Source: a virus (lineage: Duplodnaviria > Caudoviricetes). From it: a stretch of DNA of 34,519 nt. Shown here piece by piece: positions 32,030 through 34,519 of the stretch (position 1 is the first letter of the stretch; each line of letters begins with the position of its first letter). Where the stretch lies: positions 1 to 34,519 of the IMG/VR virus record IMGVR_UViG_3300044507_000064; one strand, written 5' to 3'. The position numbers and the translations under genes are program-made. The notes under the pieces are model-generated. The model was given only the letters and a program-made list of their open reading frames with translations. It had not been told where the DNA came from and did no database searches.

Positions 32030-33106
32030 CTAGGACGGCATGTGGCCGAGGTCAGTCTCGTCGACGTCGCACACGACGACCGACTCGAAGACGCCTTGGA
32101 ACGTCGTGGGCTCGTCATAGGCGTGGGCCGTCAGGACGACGACGGAGTTGCCGCCGACCTCGCCCTCGGTGCGGGTGTAGATGCGCGCCGGCATCGTCAC
32201 CTGCCACGAGTAGGGCGTGGCGGTGGTCGGGATGAGGACCGTCGATGTGGCGACGAGGCGGACGTACTCGTTGTGGACGCCGTCGGAGAGCCAACGGTCC
32301 GACTGGGAGCCGATGCCGACGGTGTCGGTCGTCTTGGCCCACGTGCATCCGAGTTCGATCCCCCGCGCCCCGCGCCCGAGGGCCGAGATGTCGAAGGTCT
32401 GGTCGCCGTTGGCGAACCGCTTCTCGTCCCACGGCTGGTTGACGCGCAGGACGTAGGAGTGCAGCGCGTCGGTGATCTGAGCCGCCGCGAGGCCCGCGAC
32501 CGTATCGGCGATGTAGATGCCGATGTCCTTGAGGTAGACGATCGCGTCGTCCTGAGAGACGTTGAGACCCGCGGTCGGCACGGCCGGGACGTCGGGTGAG
32601 TCGGTCGAGCCCGACGAGAAGATCGAGCCGAAGCGCCAGCCCATCGACGTCGAGAGCGGGCCGAGTCCGTCGGGTCCGGTGATCTCGAGGCTCTCCAGAT
32701 GCCCGTCGCCGAACTGGAACCAGTCGGACGTGACGTCGTCGCCGAACTCGTAGCTGTAGACGTCGACGTCGTCTGGGGTCGTGGAGGCGGGCTTGTGCGT
32801 CCACGTCTTCGCAGCGCCGGCCCCGGTCGGGTCCACGGCTCCGCCGAAGATGGCGGACATGAGCAGCGGGATGTTGTTGTACTTGAGGGACGGGTCGGTC
32901 AGCGCGGCGGTCAGGTCCGGCGCGACGCGATAGGGCGGGGCCTCGGGATCGAGCGAGCCGACGTCGATGTCGGGGTCGGTCCAGTTGAGGTTGGGCGTCG
33001 GGGTGCCCTTGAACGGGTAGGCGCGGGTGGCCGCCACGGGCGTGGCGAATGCCGCCTGCCGGCCGAACTGATGCTTGCGAAACCGCGTGAAGCCCTGGAT
33101 CGGCAT
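32030..33106 (-). CDS. Major tail tube protein, 358 aa
   Basis: SD GAGGAG; QFGRQ..F.T.VAAT, WTH, acidic beta-rich sequence; canonical position. Confidence 0.85.
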   Translation of the reverse strand: MPIQGFTRFRKHQFGRQAAFATPVAATRAYPFKGTPTPNLNWTDPDIDVGSLDPEAPPYRVAPDLTAALTDPSLKYNNIPLLMSAIFGGAVDPTGAGAAKTWTHKPASTTPDDVDVYSYEFGDDVTSDWFQFGDGHLESLEITGPDGLGPLSTSMGWRFGSIFSSGSTDSPDVPAVPTAGLNVSQDDAIVYLKDIGIYIADTVAGLAAAQITDALHSYVLRVNQPWDEKRFANGDQTFDISALGRGARGIELGCTWAKTTDTVGIGSQSDRWLSDGVHNEYVRLVATSTVLIPTTATPYSWQVTMPARIYTRTEGEVGGNSVVVLTAHAYDEPTTFQGVFESVVVCDVDETDLGHMPS

Positions 33107-33184
33107 CGGGATGGTTCTCCTCAGATGAACTGGTCGCCTATCGTCCGGCGCTGGACTAGGAGAGCCTGGTATTCGGTTGTCTCG

Positions 33185-33604
33185 TCAGCCCGTGTAGCCC
33201 TCCAGCGTGATCTGGGTCGCGTAGTAGGTGGTCCGCACCTCGATCCAGTCCGGCGTGTAGGCCGGCAGGTCGTCGATGCCCGTCACGCCCGCCACGGAGT
33301 TCGCGGACGCCGCGTGCGGGTTCGCGGTGAACCAGTCGAGGAACCCGTCGACGAAGGCGTCGCGCTGGCGCACGGCCTCGGCCGAGTCGTACAGGCCCCA
33401 GGCGATGACGATCTCGCACGAGGGATACCGCTGGCGCAGCCCGTCATAGGTCACCCGCTCGCGCATCGCGTCGACGAAGGCGTGCGGTGCGGTGATCGTC
33501 TTCGGGCGCCCGGGGTAGACGTTGAGGGTGATCTTCTCTTGGGTCGCGTAGGACTTGAGGAGCGCCACGGCCGCTGCGCGGAGGTCCGCCTGCATCCCGC
33601 TCAT
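33185..33604 (-). CDS. Tail terminator-like protein, 139 aa
   Basis: ATG 33604; VYPGRP.TI.APHAFV; position before the tail tube. Confidence 0.7.
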   Translation of the reverse strand: MSGMQADLRAAAVALLKSYATQEKITLNVYPGRPKTITAPHAFVDAMRERVTYDGLRQRYPSCEIVIAWGLYDSAEAVRQRDAFVDGFLDWFTANPHAASANSVAGVTGIDDLPAYTPDWIEVRTTYYATQITLEGYTG

Positions 33605-34125
33605 GTCCGCAGCCGCGTGTAGCGGCCCTGGCGCTTGCGGCTCCAGGTCCCTTCGATGATGGCGACGGCCGCACCGTTGTGGAGCGCCCGCTGCGCGGCC
33701 GCCGTGGCGAACGGCCGCTTGCGGATGCCGCGGACGTGGGCCTTGCGCCCGAAGATCGTGCCGCCCTTGCCGACCTGGCCCGGTGTGCGCGGCTTGGAGT
33801 AGCCCGACGTCAGGAGCATGTTCGAGGACTTGCCGCCGCGCCCCGAGCCCGAGATGCCCTTGGGCCGGATGTCGTGACGCTTCGTGCCACGGTCCTGGAA
33901 GATGAGATACCAGGCACCGAGAACGTAGGCCTTTGTGTCGGAGACGAAGCCCTCGTGGATGGACGACGCTCCCCGGCCGGTCCGACGCGGCGCGGTCGCT
34001 CGCGCGACGGTCGTCGTGTCGTGCTGCCACTGGCGGTTGATGTCGACGCGCATCTGGGAGGAGGCGAGGGCGGCGAGGCGGGCCCGGAGCTCGGGTCCGC
34101 CCTTGATCGTCGCCGTCGCGGTCAT
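33601..34125 (-). CDS. Tail completion protein (HK97 gp10-like), 174 aa
   Basis: IKG..EL, APRRTG...SSI, Y.IF.D.GT..H, V.G....PF. Confidence 0.8.
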   Translation of the reverse strand: MTATATIKGGPELRARLAALASSQMRVDINRQWQHDTTTVARATAPRRTGRGASSIHEGFVSDTKAYVLGAWYLIFQDRGTKRHDIRPKGISGSGRGGKSSNMLLTSGYSKPRTPGQVGKGGTIFGRKAHVRGIRKRPFATAAAQRALHNGAAVAIIEGTWSRKRQGRYTRLRT

Positions 34126-34430
34126 GCCACGCCGAACCTTCGGCGATGTCCGTAGAGCAGTTGGACCGACCGCGTCACGGGACGCCCGGGGTCCGGCTCG
34201 CGCATGGCGTACTCCACGGCGAGCTCGAGGGCGGACTGGGCGATGGCGGCGTCGGGGTCGTCGGTCGTTTCGGACCAGTCCCCGACGCGCGCCTTCGTCT
34301 CTGCGATGGCCGCCTCGAGCAGTCGCTGGAGCCGCGTCGACTCGCCGTCAGAGAGGTCTTCGCCGTCGAAGTCGTCGGACGTGATGTCGAGCCGCTGCTT
34401 GAGCTCGTCGAGCTTCGGCCAGTCGATCAT
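34122..34430 (-). CDS. Head-tail adaptor (HK97 gp6/SPP1 gp15-like), 102 aa
   Basis: WP.LDELK..L.I...D...LQRLLEAA...A.LELA; directly after capsid stop. Confidence 0.75.
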   Translation of the reverse strand: MIDWPKLDELKQRLDITSDDFDGEDLSDGESTRLQRLLEAAIAETKARVGDWSETTDDPDAAIAQSALELAVEYAMREPDPGRPVTRSVQLLYGHRRRFGVA

Positions 34431-34432
34431 GG

Positions 34433-34519
34433 CTAGGAGGCGACGTTGTAGACGGTGAAGGCGTCCGCGAAGCGCGGCGCCGGGAAGATGCCGCCGACGA
34501 GCGCGATGTCGCGCCCGGC
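34433..34519 (-). CDS. C-terminus of major capsid protein (runs off window end)
   Basis: AGRDIALVGGIFPAPRFADAFTVYNVAS-stop, an HK97-fold C-terminal pattern, immediately before the adaptor gene. Confidence 0.8.
   Translation of the reverse strand, partial: AGRDIALVGGIFPAPRFADAFTVYNVAS

Noticed and set aside
1-34519. Host chromosomal flanks or defence islands
   Set aside because: Every region fits phage modules; no housekeeping, restriction-modification or recognisable defence genes were seen.

Overview
The window is an almost complete genome of a high-GC (roughly 70% by eye) temperate siphovirus in its excised (attP) form. It is opened inside the major capsid gene: the N-terminal part runs off position 1 and the C-terminal 28 codons reappear at 34433-34519. 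Nearly all genes are on the minus strand and tightly coupled by ATGA/GTGA/TGATG overlaps. The only credible plus-strand genes are the repressor and a 35-aa membrane peptide. Order in transcription direction: cro, early genes (HNH, YqaJ exonuclease, HNH, RecT/Bet, replication initiator with a probable origin, RusA, RlpA-like protein), xis, int, attP (3' half of tRNA-His with paired arm repeats), LuxR-type regulator, structured leader, lysis cassette (papain-like endolysin plus many small membrane proteins), HNH, TerL, portal with a Com-like zinc ribbon, collagen-like protein, 147-aa structural protein, 593-aa Ala/Thr/Pro repeat protein, two paralogous GT-B glycosyltransferases, protease-capsid fusion, neck, tail tube, frameshifted chaperone, tape measure, hub, modular fibres. 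The best candidate for an undescribed system is the five-gene module between portal and capsid, read as a glycosylated head filament. A second candidate is the attP placement that physically separates the early operon from the late activator on integration. All family assignments come from motif recognition by eye, not database searches.
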